From NCBI GenBank assembly GCA_963704755.1, contig OY969938.1:2490001-2522000 (forward strand): 32,000 nt of DNA, written 5' to 3'. The notes beneath the pieces were generated by a model. It saw nothing but the letters and a program-made list of their open reading frames with translations, searched no databases and was not told the origin of the DNA. The translations under genes were made by a program, and so were the position numbers. Positions 8,420-18,315 of the stretch are shown here, one piece after another; positions within the stretch are counted from its first letter, which is position 1, and every line of letters begins with the position of its first letter. This DNA comes from an uncultured Chloroflexia bacterium. Its GTDB lineage: Bacteria > Chloroflexota > Anaerolineae > Anaerolineales > Anaerolineaceae.

Positions 8420-8644
8420 TTGTCCAAATACTCTCCATTACAGGGGTTCCTCGAAGGATTGCCAAGCAAGCAGAGAGAAATTACCTTGACATTCGAGTGG
8501 ATCGAGGAAATCCTTGATGGCTCTTTACCCAGGTCCACACACGGTTACAGTGCCTGGTGGTCAAATGAAACAGATGGGCAACACGTCCAGGCTAATAGCT
8601 GGGTCGGCGCCGGCTGGAAGGTGAAAAAATGTAGATCAGGTTAG
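8420..8644 (+). CDS. small conserved-domain protein (SKYxPL...LsFxeIExIL...LPxS...WWxN...aGW pattern)
   Basis: TTG start. MSKYSPLQGFLEGLPSKQREITLTFEWIEEILDGSLPRSTHGYSAWWSNE...WVGAGWKV resembles a recurrent small domain of unknown function that I recall seeing near R-M and defence genes. Confidence 0.5.
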   Translation: MSKYSPLQGFLEGLPSKQREITLTFEWIEEILDGSLPRSTHGYSAWWSNETDGQHVQANSWVGAGWKVKKCRSG

Positions 8645-8770
8645 GGGATGGGTAAAGGTTGTGAGGGCAATTGTAAGATAATCTGTAAGAAAATGGCATA
8701 ATTATTGCGTTAATTTAATTATTGATTGGGTTATAGTAAATGGATACTAAGGTATTGATAAGGGGCAATT

Positions 8771-10582
8771 ATGGCTAATATTGATCAACGTATCGATAAA
8801 TGGAAAAAGCGATTACTGGACTTAGGAAAGAGAAATAGGCTCATAAATTATCGGGAAACAAAACGATCGAATATAAGAATTATTTCCCCTGAGATTGGTA
8901 ATTTATATTCCCGTTTGGTCTTAAAAGAAGAATTATTGGGGTTCCCATATAGTATTGAGGAAGATTTCGAGAATTCGAGCGAAATCGAACTAAATACAAC
9001 GGTAAAAGGCGATTTGCTAACAGACCGCAACATAAGAGAACAGCAAAAAACCTTACGGAATTTAAGATCCAAAGCGAAAACAGCGATAGAAGAGCAAGGT
9101 GTAAATATTCTTTACGTTGCATTTGGTTTCCTCCAATGGTATGAGAGTACAGCATCATCGCAATTGATAACATCGCCTGTTGTTTTAGTTCCCGTGAATT
9201 TGATCCTCAAATCAATAGCCGATCCCTTTATGCTTGGATTGCATGATGATGAAATTGTTGTTAACCCCACACTGTTATTTAAACTGGAGAATGATTTTGG
9301 GTTATCCATCCCTGAATTTGAAGGAGAAGATAATCATATCGTTAAGTATTTAGACCAAATTAAGAGCATAGTAAACAAAAATAAATGGGATGTTACTTTC
9401 GATGTTGGATTAAGTTTGTTTTCGTTCTTGAAAATAAATATGTACAACGACCTAGAAAAAAATAAGAATAAGATTGTAGCCAATCCAATTATCAAAGCTA
9501 TTGCGGGTGATAAATCTAGCGTCCAGTCTCTACCGGAAGAATATAACAACTTTGACCATGATAAAAATACAAAACCGATAGATACATTTCAGGTAGTAGA
9601 TGCGGATTCAAGCCAGCAGGATGCAATTTTGTTTTCAAAAAAAGGAATTAGTTTCGTTTTGCAGGGACCTCCAGGGACTGGTAAGAGTCAAACCATTACA
9701 AATATAATTGCCGAAGGACTTGCAGACGGAAAAAAAATCTTATTCGTCTCCGAAAAAATGGCTGCTTTGGAGGTAGTATTAAAACGAATTTCCTTAGCGG
9801 GACTCGATGACTTTTGCCTAACATTACACAGTCACAGAGCGAACAAAAAAGAAATTATTAAGGAACTTGGTAAAACCCTTTACCTGGACAAATTTGCAAT
9901 ACAAGGTACAGCTCTAAACCAATTGGAGGCTCTCAGAAGGGATAGAGAAAAACTTAATCAGTATAATCTTGAGTTACATAGCCCTTGTCCGCCCTTAGGA
10001 AAATCAATATTTGAAATAAATGGTCGATTAGCGAAATTGTTTGCTGCGCCTGACTTTATATTCTCTATAGATAATGTAAGTAACACATCTCCAGAAAAGT
10101 TGGATTCGTACACATTTGCACTAAATGACTTTTCAAAAACTATTGGAAAAATGACAACCGATTTTTCAGAGAATCCTTGGCGAAGTTGTCATGTCCAAAA
10201 TGTGACCCATGAGCTTCGTCATGATATTGAAACAAATCTGCAAAGTCTAGTCCCAACTTTCCGTTTCCTGGCTGATATGGCTTATACAACACTGCATGAA
10301 TTGGATCTAGACATCGAACTATCTCTCAAGAATATACCTTTATTAATTGAGGTGTTAAATATTGTTTCAAAGTCCCCCATAGTTCCTTACGAATGGACTT
10401 TTAAAATGAATATTTCTCACCTACTCGAAGATGCCGAGAAATATAGTTTGTTAAAAAAAGAATATGATTCTTTACAACAGGAACTTTCACAAAAGCACAA
10501 CGATAACTTTTTTAAGATTGAAGCCGGCAAAGTTATAAATAACTTCTCATCGTCGGTAGAATCCGCAAAGGGTATACTTTAA
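8771..10582 (+). CDS. DUF4011 / SF1 (Upf1-like, AAA_11) helicase-nuclease, segment 1 of 3
   Basis: The N-terminus IDKWKKRLLDLGKRNRLINYRETK is DUF4011-like. Walker A is LQGPPGTGKSQTITNII. The frame is lost between 10560 and 10582. Confidence 0.8.
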   Translation: MANIDQRIDKWKKRLLDLGKRNRLINYRETKRSNIRIISPEIGNLYSRLVLKEELLGFPYSIEEDFENSSEIELNTTVKGDLLTDRNIREQQKTLRNLRSKAKTAIEEQGVNILYVAFGFLQWYESTASSQLITSPVVLVPVNLILKSIADPFMLGLHDDEIVVNPTLLFKLENDFGLSIPEFEGEDNHIVKYLDQIKSIVNKNKWDVTFDVGLSLFSFLKINMYNDLEKNKNKIVANPIIKAIAGDKSSVQSLPEEYNNFDHDKNTKPIDTFQVVDADSSQQDAILFSKKGISFVLQGPPGTGKSQTITNIIAEGLADGKKILFVSEKMAALEVVLKRISLAGLDDFCLTLHSHRANKKEIIKELGKTLYLDKFAIQGTALNQLEALRRDREKLNQYNLELHSPCPPLGKSIFEINGRLAKLFAAPDFIFSIDNVSNTSPEKLDSYTFALNDFSKTIGKMTTDFSENPWRSCHVQNVTHELRHDIETNLQSLVPTFRFLADMAYTTLHELDLDIELSLKNIPLLIEVLNIVSKSPIVPYEWTFKMNISHLLEDAEKYSLLKKEYDSLQQELSQKHNDNFFKIEAGKVINNFSSSVESAKGIL

Positions 10583-10631
10583 TTCTTCCATTTATGACAC
10601 AGAAGAAAAAATTATTTCATCTGCAAATGAA

Positions 10632-11147
10632 TTGATTATTCTATTGGGAAAAGCGAAAGACAATTTTGTTCTTCTAGATCAATTATGTCAAGAAGGGGTC
10701 AAGATCTTTGGAATTGATGAAATTGAAAATATCAACGGTCTGAAAAACTTTGCAAAATTATTAGATTCGATATTAACAAGCCCTAAACCATCAAGTGAAT
10801 GGTTTGATGAGACTAAGTTCAAAATATTGAAACGGGTAGTGCCAGAAGCATGGGAAGCCTTCGAGACAATTAAAAATAAGACAAATATTATCCTTACATC
10901 TTACAACCGCGAAATCTTTGATCTTGAGTACACAGAAATGCTAACAAGATTTAAGACAGAATATACAACGATATTTAAATTATTCATGAAAAAATATTGG
11001 TCAGATAAAAAAATCATTAAAGCCCTTTATAAAGTTTCTGATAGCAAACTGGATGACCCTGCTATTATTAATGTATTAACTGAACTGTCATCCATAAATG
11101 AGAAAAGACGCTGGATCGAAGAAAATGAGAATTTATTAAAACTTTAA
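10632..11147 (+). CDS. same helicase-nuclease gene, segment 2 of 3 (frame actually open from 10560)
   Basis: This frame reads through from 10560 (NPQRVYFNSSIYDTEEKIISSANELIILLGK...). It is a helical insert region between the helicase motifs. Confidence 0.7.
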   Translation: MIILLGKAKDNFVLLDQLCQEGVKIFGIDEIENINGLKNFAKLLDSILTSPKPSSEWFDETKFKILKRVVPEAWEAFETIKNKTNIILTSYNREIFDLEYTEMLTRFKTEYTTIFKLFMKKYWSDKKIIKALYKVSDSKLDDPAIINVLTELSSINEKRRWIEENENLLKL

Positions 11148-11272
11148 GCGGTGCACATTATGCAAGAGATTACACTGATTGGGTAGGTTTCAGCTTTGCG
11201 CTTGAAAATTTCAAAAATATAATCGATTATTTTTATCCATCAATAATTTCAACAAAAACAAGAGAAATCCTG

Positions 11273-14200
11273 ATGGAAAATATATCAATTAACGATATAA
11301 AAACGATTAACGAGAAAATTAATGGAATTTTAGAAACAGACATTCTTAACGTTTTTATCCAAAATCTGGCAATCTCCGATAATGTCGAAGACCTTCAACT
11401 TTTTGAAATTATCAATAATTTGAAGTCTGCGTTATCAATAATGAGGATGTTAGAAAATATATACGAGATCCTTACAAACAGTTGTTTAAAAGAACTAAAT
11501 TACGGTGAATTAATCAAAGATCTATCAAAACTTGGAAGAATGCAAGAGATAGCGAATCAAGTTGGAATCCAATATGAGCATCTAAGAATAAAATATTTAT
11601 TCTTCTTCAATGGAATTGACACTGATTGGGGCAGGATTTTGGATTCTCTTGCATGGACAAATGAATTTAAAAAAATAATAGAAAAATTCCGCCTATCAAA
11701 AGTTTGCGTAAAAAATACTTGTGAAGATGAAAAATTTATCACAAACGCCAAACAACGATTAAGAGAAATCACATCGAAGATTAATGAAATTAATACAGAT
11801 CTGCATTGGTACTTTTCATTATTTGATGATAAGGATGAACTATTAACTACAAATCTCCATACTTTCCTGACCCGGTTAGAGGATTGTTCAAACAGTCTTT
11901 CAAGCTTAGAGGAATGGATTGATTTTCGAAGCAGTCGAGAAAAATGTAGGGATATTGGCCTATCTGATTATATTGAGAAAATTCAAATCCATAAGGTAAA
12001 TAAAGAAACTATCGTACCAGCATTTCTTAAGCGATTTTATAGATTGTGGCTCGACGCAATACTGCCAAATTATCCCGCCGTATATTCTTTCAGAAGGCGT
12101 ACTCAGGATGAATTAATTGAAGAATTTAAAAACCTGGATAAAAAGCAGTTTATCATCGCTAAATCTAGAATCCGTCAAAAATTAGCCACAAAGCTACCAA
12201 ATTTAAATCAATTTTCTTCAGCAGTCGATGAAGTAGGTGTACTAAAACGAGAATTAAATAAGCAACGAAGATTTATGCCTTTACGTAAACTTTTCAGAGA
12301 AATCCCCAATCTCCTATTAACACTTAAACCTTGCTTGATGATGTCGCCTCTTTCTGTTAGCTTGTTTTTGAATGCAGATATTTATAAATTTGACATTGTT
12401 GTTTTTGATGAAGCATCACAAGTTTGTACAGAAGATGCAATTGGTGCGATATTGAGGGGATCTCAAGTCATCATTGCTGGCGATACCAATCAGCTTCCCC
12501 CCACGAATTTCTTCTCAGCCAGCACATCTGATTCCGATTTTGATAATAACGATTTGGATGAAGATGATTATGATGACACTGACGCATATGAATCGGTACT
12601 TGACGAGGCCGTTACAGTGCTGCCAGAACGAACGCTTCGATGGCATTATAGAAGTCATCATGAGCATTTAATCGCGTTTTCAAATGTAAAAATCTATCGA
12701 AATAACCTAATTACATTTCCATCCCATATAAATAATGAACCAAACAACGGAGTGGAATATATTTATGTTCCTGATGGGGTGTATGACAGAAGTGGGAAAA
12801 GAAACAATATTAATGAGGCTAATAAAGTCGCTGAACTCGTTTTCGAACATATTCAAAATTTTCCCAGTCGTTCTTTGGGTATCGTGACATTTAGTGAAGC
12901 TCAACAGCAAGCAGTCGAAATGGCGATTAGACAAATGAGGTTAGAAAATCAGCAGTTTGAAACCTTTTTTTCAGAGGATCGAGAAGAGGACTTTTTTGTA
13001 AAGAACTTGGAAAATGTACAGGGGGATGAAAGGGATACCATTATTTTTAGTATTGGTTACGCTAAAGACCATAATGGTGTTATGCATATGAATTTTGGAC
13101 CTCTCAGTAAAAGTGGGGGCTATCGGCGGTTAAATGTTGCCATTACTCGTGCAAAATATAACGTCAAGCTAGTTGGCTCAATTGAGCCAACGGATATCAT
13201 TATTGAAAATACAAACTCCGAAGGAGTAAAAATGCTTCGGTCCTATATTGAATTCGCCAAGGATGGCGAAAGTGTATTGCAAAGAGAATTATCCATCCCG
13301 GATTCAATATATACGGATTCTCCATTCGAAGATTCAATTTATCAATTCTTGGTATCCAAAGGTTATTCAGTCGCTACACAAGTTGGTTGTTCCGGATACA
13401 GGATAGATTTGGCCATTAAGCACCCGACATTAAGTGGGAGATTTGTAATAGGAATAGAGTGTGATGGTGCCTCTTATCACTCCGCTCGAACGGCGAGGGA
13501 ACGTGATAGGCTACGCCAGGCTGTTCTTGAAGATAATGGGTGGAAAATATATCGAATTTGGTCCACTGATTGGATAAAGGATCCTCTTACCGAGGGGAAG
13601 AAATTGACCACAGCAATAGATTATGCAATTACTAGCTATAACAAAAATGGTTTCACCATAAAAAAAAACGAGAATGGTGAAATAAAAACCACGAAGGAAT
13701 TTAGCTCGTCAATTGAAGTGCCTATAAAGGGAAACTCCATTACTAAAATTGATAATAATAATCCATACAATTTTGATTATTATGTTCTAGCAGATATTAA
13801 AAAAGTAAGAAGAAGCAACGATGATATTCAATATTTAACCGATATTTTGAGATATGTGATTGAGCAAGAATACCCCATCCATTTTGAATTACTTTGTAAA
13901 CGAGCTACCTACCTCTTTGGAAATCAAAAAGCCACAGTAAAAATAAGGAGAAATGTCAAATATATTATCAATGGATATTTACAAAATGAGGTAATTTTTC
14001 GTAATGGTTTTTATTGGCCAAAAAGAAATTCTAAGATCAAAGTGAGGATTTCTAATTCCCCCGGTACAGAAAGAAAATTGGAATACATTTGCTCTGAGGA
14101 AATAGCAGAAGCAATGTTCGTGATATCTGGTCATAGTTTTGGTATAAAAAAAAGTGATTTATTCGTCGCAACAGCTCGTGCTTTTGGATTTAACCGTACT

Positions 14201-14305
14201 GGAGGGCATATAGTTGTGGCGATGGAAACTGCATTTGATTTATTAATAGGTACAGGCAGAGTTGATTATATAGATGAAAAAGTAATTATTAAACCAAATT
14301 CCTAG
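11273..14305 (+). CDS. same helicase-nuclease gene, segment 3 of 3 (frame open from 11129): AAA_11/AAA_12 motifs II-VI, Vsr/DUF559-like endonuclease, DUF3320-like tail
   Basis: Helicase motifs: FDIVVFDEASQV (motif II), IIAGDTNQLPPT (III), RWHYRSHHEHLIAFSN, VQGDERDTIIFS, GYRRLNVAITRAK (VI). The endonuclease core is GYRIDLAI...IGIECDGASYHSARTARERDRLRQAVLEDNGWKIYRIWSTDW. The C-terminal YPIHFELLCKR... region follows. Confidence 0.85.
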   Translation: MENISINDIKTINEKINGILETDILNVFIQNLAISDNVEDLQLFEIINNLKSALSIMRMLENIYEILTNSCLKELNYGELIKDLSKLGRMQEIANQVGIQYEHLRIKYLFFFNGIDTDWGRILDSLAWTNEFKKIIEKFRLSKVCVKNTCEDEKFITNAKQRLREITSKINEINTDLHWYFSLFDDKDELLTTNLHTFLTRLEDCSNSLSSLEEWIDFRSSREKCRDIGLSDYIEKIQIHKVNKETIVPAFLKRFYRLWLDAILPNYPAVYSFRRRTQDELIEEFKNLDKKQFIIAKSRIRQKLATKLPNLNQFSSAVDEVGVLKRELNKQRRFMPLRKLFREIPNLLLTLKPCLMMSPLSVSLFLNADIYKFDIVVFDEASQVCTEDAIGAILRGSQVIIAGDTNQLPPTNFFSASTSDSDFDNNDLDEDDYDDTDAYESVLDEAVTVLPERTLRWHYRSHHEHLIAFSNVKIYRNNLITFPSHINNEPNNGVEYIYVPDGVYDRSGKRNNINEANKVAELVFEHIQNFPSRSLGIVTFSEAQQQAVEMAIRQMRLENQQFETFFSEDREEDFFVKNLENVQGDERDTIIFSIGYAKDHNGVMHMNFGPLSKSGGYRRLNVAITRAKYNVKLVGSIEPTDIIIENTNSEGVKMLRSYIEFAKDGESVLQRELSIPDSIYTDSPFEDSIYQFLVSKGYSVATQVGCSGYRIDLAIKHPTLSGRFVIGIECDGASYHSARTARERDRLRQAVLEDNGWKIYRIWSTDWIKDPLTEGKKLTTAIDYAITSYNKNGFTIKKNENGEIKTTKEFSSSIEVPIKGNSITKIDNNNPYNFDYYVLADIKKVRRSNDDIQYLTDILRYVIEQEYPIHFELLCKRATYLFGNQKATVKIRRNVKYIINGYLQNEVIFRNGFYWPKRNSKIKVRISNSPGTERKLEYICSEEIAEAMFVISGHSFGIKKSDLFVATARAFGFNRTGGHIVVAMETAFDLLIGTGRVDYIDEKVIIKPNS

Positions 14306-14360
14306 TTTTTGAAATACCCTGTGTAATAATAGTGGTGAACACTTTAGATTTACCAAATCC

Positions 14361-16685
14361 ATGCTATCCAATAAAGTTGCCGAGGGGATCATGCTTCAAC
14401 AAGTGGTTAAAGATCGGATCTTAAAATCCTACGAAAATAAACAAAATTCGGGTGATCTCCCATCCGCCCAACAACTCGAAACATACTATCGATTATTCCG
14501 GCAAAGATTTGGCCCTAATACCCTCTCGGGCTTGGATGGCGAGCCCTTACTCAACCTAATGTACGATCTTGGCAATCGAGACAGCCTGGTGTATTGGCTG
14601 GAATACAAAAACGATGCTGAATTCCCGGCAATTTTTGGCAGTATCGCCGGCGGGAGTGCTTTGAAATATGGAATCTTTCGTCGAAGAGAAACAGGGGCTT
14701 GGACAATCGGATCACCTCAAAAGCAGGTTGAAATATCGGTTGCTGAAGCCATAGAAATCGCTCGGCGGAATTGGGATCAATTGATGAAAGGTGTTTTCAT
14801 TCTTCAAAACCTTCCTGATTCATCCGAGGATGCAGTTTATTTCAAACTGCAAGAAGATTTACACAAAGAAGCGCCAGGTGTCCAAGATTCCCTTTGGGGA
14901 CACAAGTATTTTCACCTGCTATTTCCGGAAAAGCTGGACACTTTTCATATGGAGAATTTACAGCAGTTTCATTTGATCAAGTTACTTCAAATGCCTCCTG
15001 AGAAAACCGGCCGCTATACATGCGCCGGCCGGTTCGTGGCCCTGGCACGTGAATGTGGCTTATCGATGAATATCCTGACGACTGTTCTCAACGATATCGA
15101 TGGGCGGCTTTATCGCTACTGGAGAATGGGAACACATGGAGGAGAAGACAACAGAAGTTATTGGAGCGAAATGGAACAGGGGAGTTACGTTTCGATTGGC
15201 TGGGATAAATTGGGAGATCTGTCTTGGCTTGAATTCAATAAAGAATTGAAAGAAAAATTTTTTAAATTGGTTTTGGATAAATACAAGAAAGATCCAGCCG
15301 TAACCGGTGGCACAGTCTCAAAAATTTTCAATTTTGTGGTTGGTATGCAAGAAGGTGATATCGTTCTAGGTGCTGATGGTAGACGCATTCAAGGTGTTGG
15401 CAGGGTTGTAGGGGGATATGAGTATCAACCCAATGGCGAATTTCCACATCACCGCCAGGTCGAATGGCTCACATTAGATCCTTGGGAATTACCTCAAACA
15501 GAGGGTCTTCAGTTTGCTATATACGCAATGAAGAAGCCTGAAAATTTAATTGCTATTGAAGAACGACTCCTCCAATATCCCGGAAAGCCCAGAAAACCTT
15601 TTATTGAAAGTGAGGGAGGTGGTTCAAGACGAACGGTACATCTTGAAGGAATATCTGGCCGGATTCAAGCTGTTTTGGATCGGAAGAAGCAAATCATTCT
15701 ATATGGCCCTCCAGGTACCGGAAAAACGTATTGGGCCAATCGCACTGCGAAAGATTTAGGGGCTTATTCTATGTTCGGAAAGTCTTTTTCAGAAATAATC
15801 GAAACCGAGAAACAGAAAATTCTAGGAAAATTTGGAGAAAAAAACGGGGTTGTCAGGCGTTGCACTTTCCATCCGGCTTATGGGTATGAAGATTTCATCG
15901 AGGGTTACCGACCTGTCTCGACCAACGGTCAATTGAGTTTCGAGAAACGCTCGGGGATATTTAAAACCATTTGTGAGGATGCACAAAAAAATCCTAATCA
16001 ACCTTATTATTTGATAATCGATGAAATCAATCGCGGAGATTTACCACGGATATTTGGGGAGCTGCTGACATTGCTGGAAAAGGATAAAAGAGGGCAGTCT
16101 ATCATTCTTCCTCTCAATGGAGATCTCTTTCAGGTCCCAGAAAATGTTTTCGTGATCGGCACGATGAACACTGCTGACCGTTCGATTGCTCTGCTAGATA
16201 CAGCTCTTCGCAGGAGGTTTGGCTTTTTAGAGCTAATGCCCGATTCGAGTTTATTGAACTTATCCATTGAGGGGTTACCATTAGGCCCTTGGCTGGATGC
16301 ATTGAATGAACGGATCCGTACCCATATCGGAAAGGATGCGCGAAATTTACAAATTGGGCATGCTTATTTTTTTGAGGGAGAGAAACCAATTAACGACAAG
16401 TTACGTTTTGTCCGAGTTTTACGCGAAGACATATTACCCTTGTTGGAAGAATATTGCTATGAAGATTATGACAACTTAAGTGAAATTCTTGGGGATCAGA
16501 TTGTTGATGCAAAAAGCCAAAGATTTAGGGAGGAGGTTCTATCACCAGAGCGTTGGGATCAATTGCTCATTGCTCTGCTTGGCCCAAATCGCGAAGTAAC
16601 AACCTCTAAAGAAGTAATTCAAACCCAGCAAAATGAACTCGAAGATCAATTAGACGAGGATACCCTAGATGTTGAATCCAATTAA
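14361..16685 (+). CDS. mcrB: McrB-like AAA+ GTPase with a long N-terminal putative DNA-reader region
   Basis: Motifs: ILYGPPGTGKTYWA, LIIDEINRGDLPRIFGELLTLLE, VIGTMNTADRSIALLDTALRRRFGF. An alternative start is ATG 14391, behind GAGGGG. Confidence 0.85.
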   Translation: MLSNKVAEGIMLQQVVKDRILKSYENKQNSGDLPSAQQLETYYRLFRQRFGPNTLSGLDGEPLLNLMYDLGNRDSLVYWLEYKNDAEFPAIFGSIAGGSALKYGIFRRRETGAWTIGSPQKQVEISVAEAIEIARRNWDQLMKGVFILQNLPDSSEDAVYFKLQEDLHKEAPGVQDSLWGHKYFHLLFPEKLDTFHMENLQQFHLIKLLQMPPEKTGRYTCAGRFVALARECGLSMNILTTVLNDIDGRLYRYWRMGTHGGEDNRSYWSEMEQGSYVSIGWDKLGDLSWLEFNKELKEKFFKLVLDKYKKDPAVTGGTVSKIFNFVVGMQEGDIVLGADGRRIQGVGRVVGGYEYQPNGEFPHHRQVEWLTLDPWELPQTEGLQFAIYAMKKPENLIAIEERLLQYPGKPRKPFIESEGGGSRRTVHLEGISGRIQAVLDRKKQIILYGPPGTGKTYWANRTAKDLGAYSMFGKSFSEIIETEKQKILGKFGEKNGVVRRCTFHPAYGYEDFIEGYRPVSTNGQLSFEKRSGIFKTICEDAQKNPNQPYYLIIDEINRGDLPRIFGELLTLLEKDKRGQSIILPLNGDLFQVPENVFVIGTMNTADRSIALLDTALRRRFGFLELMPDSSLLNLSIEGLPLGPWLDALNERIRTHIGKDARNLQIGHAYFFEGEKPINDKLRFVRVLREDILPLLEEYCYEDYDNLSEILGDQIVDAKSQRFREEVLSPERWDQLLIALLGPNREVTTSKEVIQTQQNELEDQLDEDTLDVESN

Positions 16686-18003
16686 TCAGGTAGAGCAATC
16701 ACAACAGGTAAACTTGTATTTATCAGAATGGACCATAGCTACTCCTGAAACTCATCCAGTTTTAGAGGGTTTTTCTTTCGAGAATGAGCTTCCTGCTCGA
16801 CAGATGGCTCAACGGCTAAGTGGATCAAGTCAAGTAGAGTTCTTGGAATTGACTAACGGGTTGGAAATTCGCACAAATTCAGTGGTAGGCAGCATTCGTC
16901 TTGGTAACCTATCCTTAACAATTACTCCGAAAATTAACGGGTTACCTTTATTCCGATTGATCCGCTTTGCTTATGGATTACGGGATCTGGAATTCTTTAC
17001 TGCGCAGAATTTCAGCAATCAATACCTGGCTTTCCAGGATTTATTGATTCTCCAACTCGTTTTGGAAGTTCAAGAGCTTTTTAGTCGAGGATTATTGCGC
17101 AACTACATTCGGAAAGAGGAGAAGCTTGCCAGCCCGGTTGGGAGAATAAATTTTCAACAAATTGCGAAACAAGGCGGATTGGTAGAAGCATCATTACCTT
17201 GTACAAATTCCATCCGCCTGGAAAATTGTCTTCATAATCGTGTAATCCTCTCCGGGTTAATTTTGGCTAACCAGTTTACTAGAGATATTTCTTTAAAAAG
17301 TTCTACCCGTCAGCTTGCCAAATTATTTATCCAAAGCATCGAAAAGGTGCGGTTGAATTTTGACATCCTCAGGCAGGTTGAGCGCGAATTGAACCGGCTC
17401 ACCGAGGCGTACAATCCTGCCTTGAGACTGATAGCATTATTGTTGGGTAATATTGGTGTATCAACTGATGAAGACCGTAATCAAGTACAGGTAAATGGCT
17501 TCCTCTTTGATATGAACCATTTCTTCCAGGCTTTGCTTTCAAGGTTGCTTAATAACTACCTGGATGGGTATGAGGTTGAAGATGAGCATAAACTAAAAGG
17601 ACTTCTAGCATTCGTACCCGGATATAAATTACCCGGTCGGCTTGACGCGATGCCCAGGCCAGATTTTGCCATATTCGAGAAAGGAAAGCTACTTTCGCTA
17701 TTCGATGCCAAGTACCGGGACCTTTGGAACACTGGTCTGCCTAGAGATATGCTCTATCAGCTCATCGTGTATGCACTAAGTCAGAAGGTAGAACGAAAAG
17801 CCACAATCCTTTATCCAAGCCTGGACGAAATTTCCAAGGATGCGATTATTCAAATCAATGAACCCATACAAGGTTCTGCAAATGGACATATTATTTTACG
17901 CCCCGTCAATTTACATAGAATGGAAAGCATAATCGTTGAAAAAAGAACCGATGAATTGAAATCATTCACTCACCAATTGATTTTTAAGGAACTTCTTAAT
18001 TAG
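16669..18003 (+). CDS. mcrC: McrC-like PD-(D/E)xK nuclease subunit
   Basis: It overlaps the mcrB end by 17 nt. The nuclease core is PDFAIFEKGKLLSLFDAKYRDL. Size and position are typical of McrC. Confidence 0.8.
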   Translation: MLNPINQVEQSQQVNLYLSEWTIATPETHPVLEGFSFENELPARQMAQRLSGSSQVEFLELTNGLEIRTNSVVGSIRLGNLSLTITPKINGLPLFRLIRFAYGLRDLEFFTAQNFSNQYLAFQDLLILQLVLEVQELFSRGLLRNYIRKEEKLASPVGRINFQQIAKQGGLVEASLPCTNSIRLENCLHNRVILSGLILANQFTRDISLKSSTRQLAKLFIQSIEKVRLNFDILRQVERELNRLTEAYNPALRLIALLLGNIGVSTDEDRNQVQVNGFLFDMNHFFQALLSRLLNNYLDGYEVEDEHKLKGLLAFVPGYKLPGRLDAMPRPDFAIFEKGKLLSLFDAKYRDLWNTGLPRDMLYQLIVYALSQKVERKATILYPSLDEISKDAIIQINEPIQGSANGHIILRPVNLHRMESIIVEKRTDELKSFTHQLIFKELLN

Positions 18004-18174
18004 ACCCCAACTAAACAAATTTGCTGAAATTATCTTCACCAATACAAGCTGTAAATTAACGGCGAAGATGGCAAGCATGGATCGGATTCTTACATTTCAA
18101 AGGCTTAAATTCTCAAACTCGTATTTCGCTAATTTTCTGAACTCTTAATAACATTTATCATCATCTCCTTCCTT

Positions 18175-18315
18175 ACCGGCATCTCGATTGATCCGGATGC
18201 AGATACCGTAACGGTCACGGTCTCCGCCGACCTCTCGGTACTTTTCCCCTCGGTGGTACCGCAAGTGATCGTCAGCGAAACGGGCACCGCCCAGGTGCGG
18301 GCTTTCTCCAGGTAA
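18175..18315 (+). pseudogene. orphan 3' fragment (46 codons plus stop) of a TadG-like gene
   Basis: It reads TGISIDPDADTVTVTVSADLSVLFPSVVPQVIVSETGTAQVRAFSR*. There is no upstream coding continuation because the flank is A+T-rich island DNA. Twelve nt differences from copy A give only one amino-acid change. Confidence 0.75.

Larger units (their letters stand above)
6823..18174. other. A+T-rich accessory (defence) island without recognisable mobility genes
   Basis: Composition switches abruptly at both ends and the block is bounded by the direct repeats. Its cargo is nuclease/helicase/McrBC type. Confidence 0.8.
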
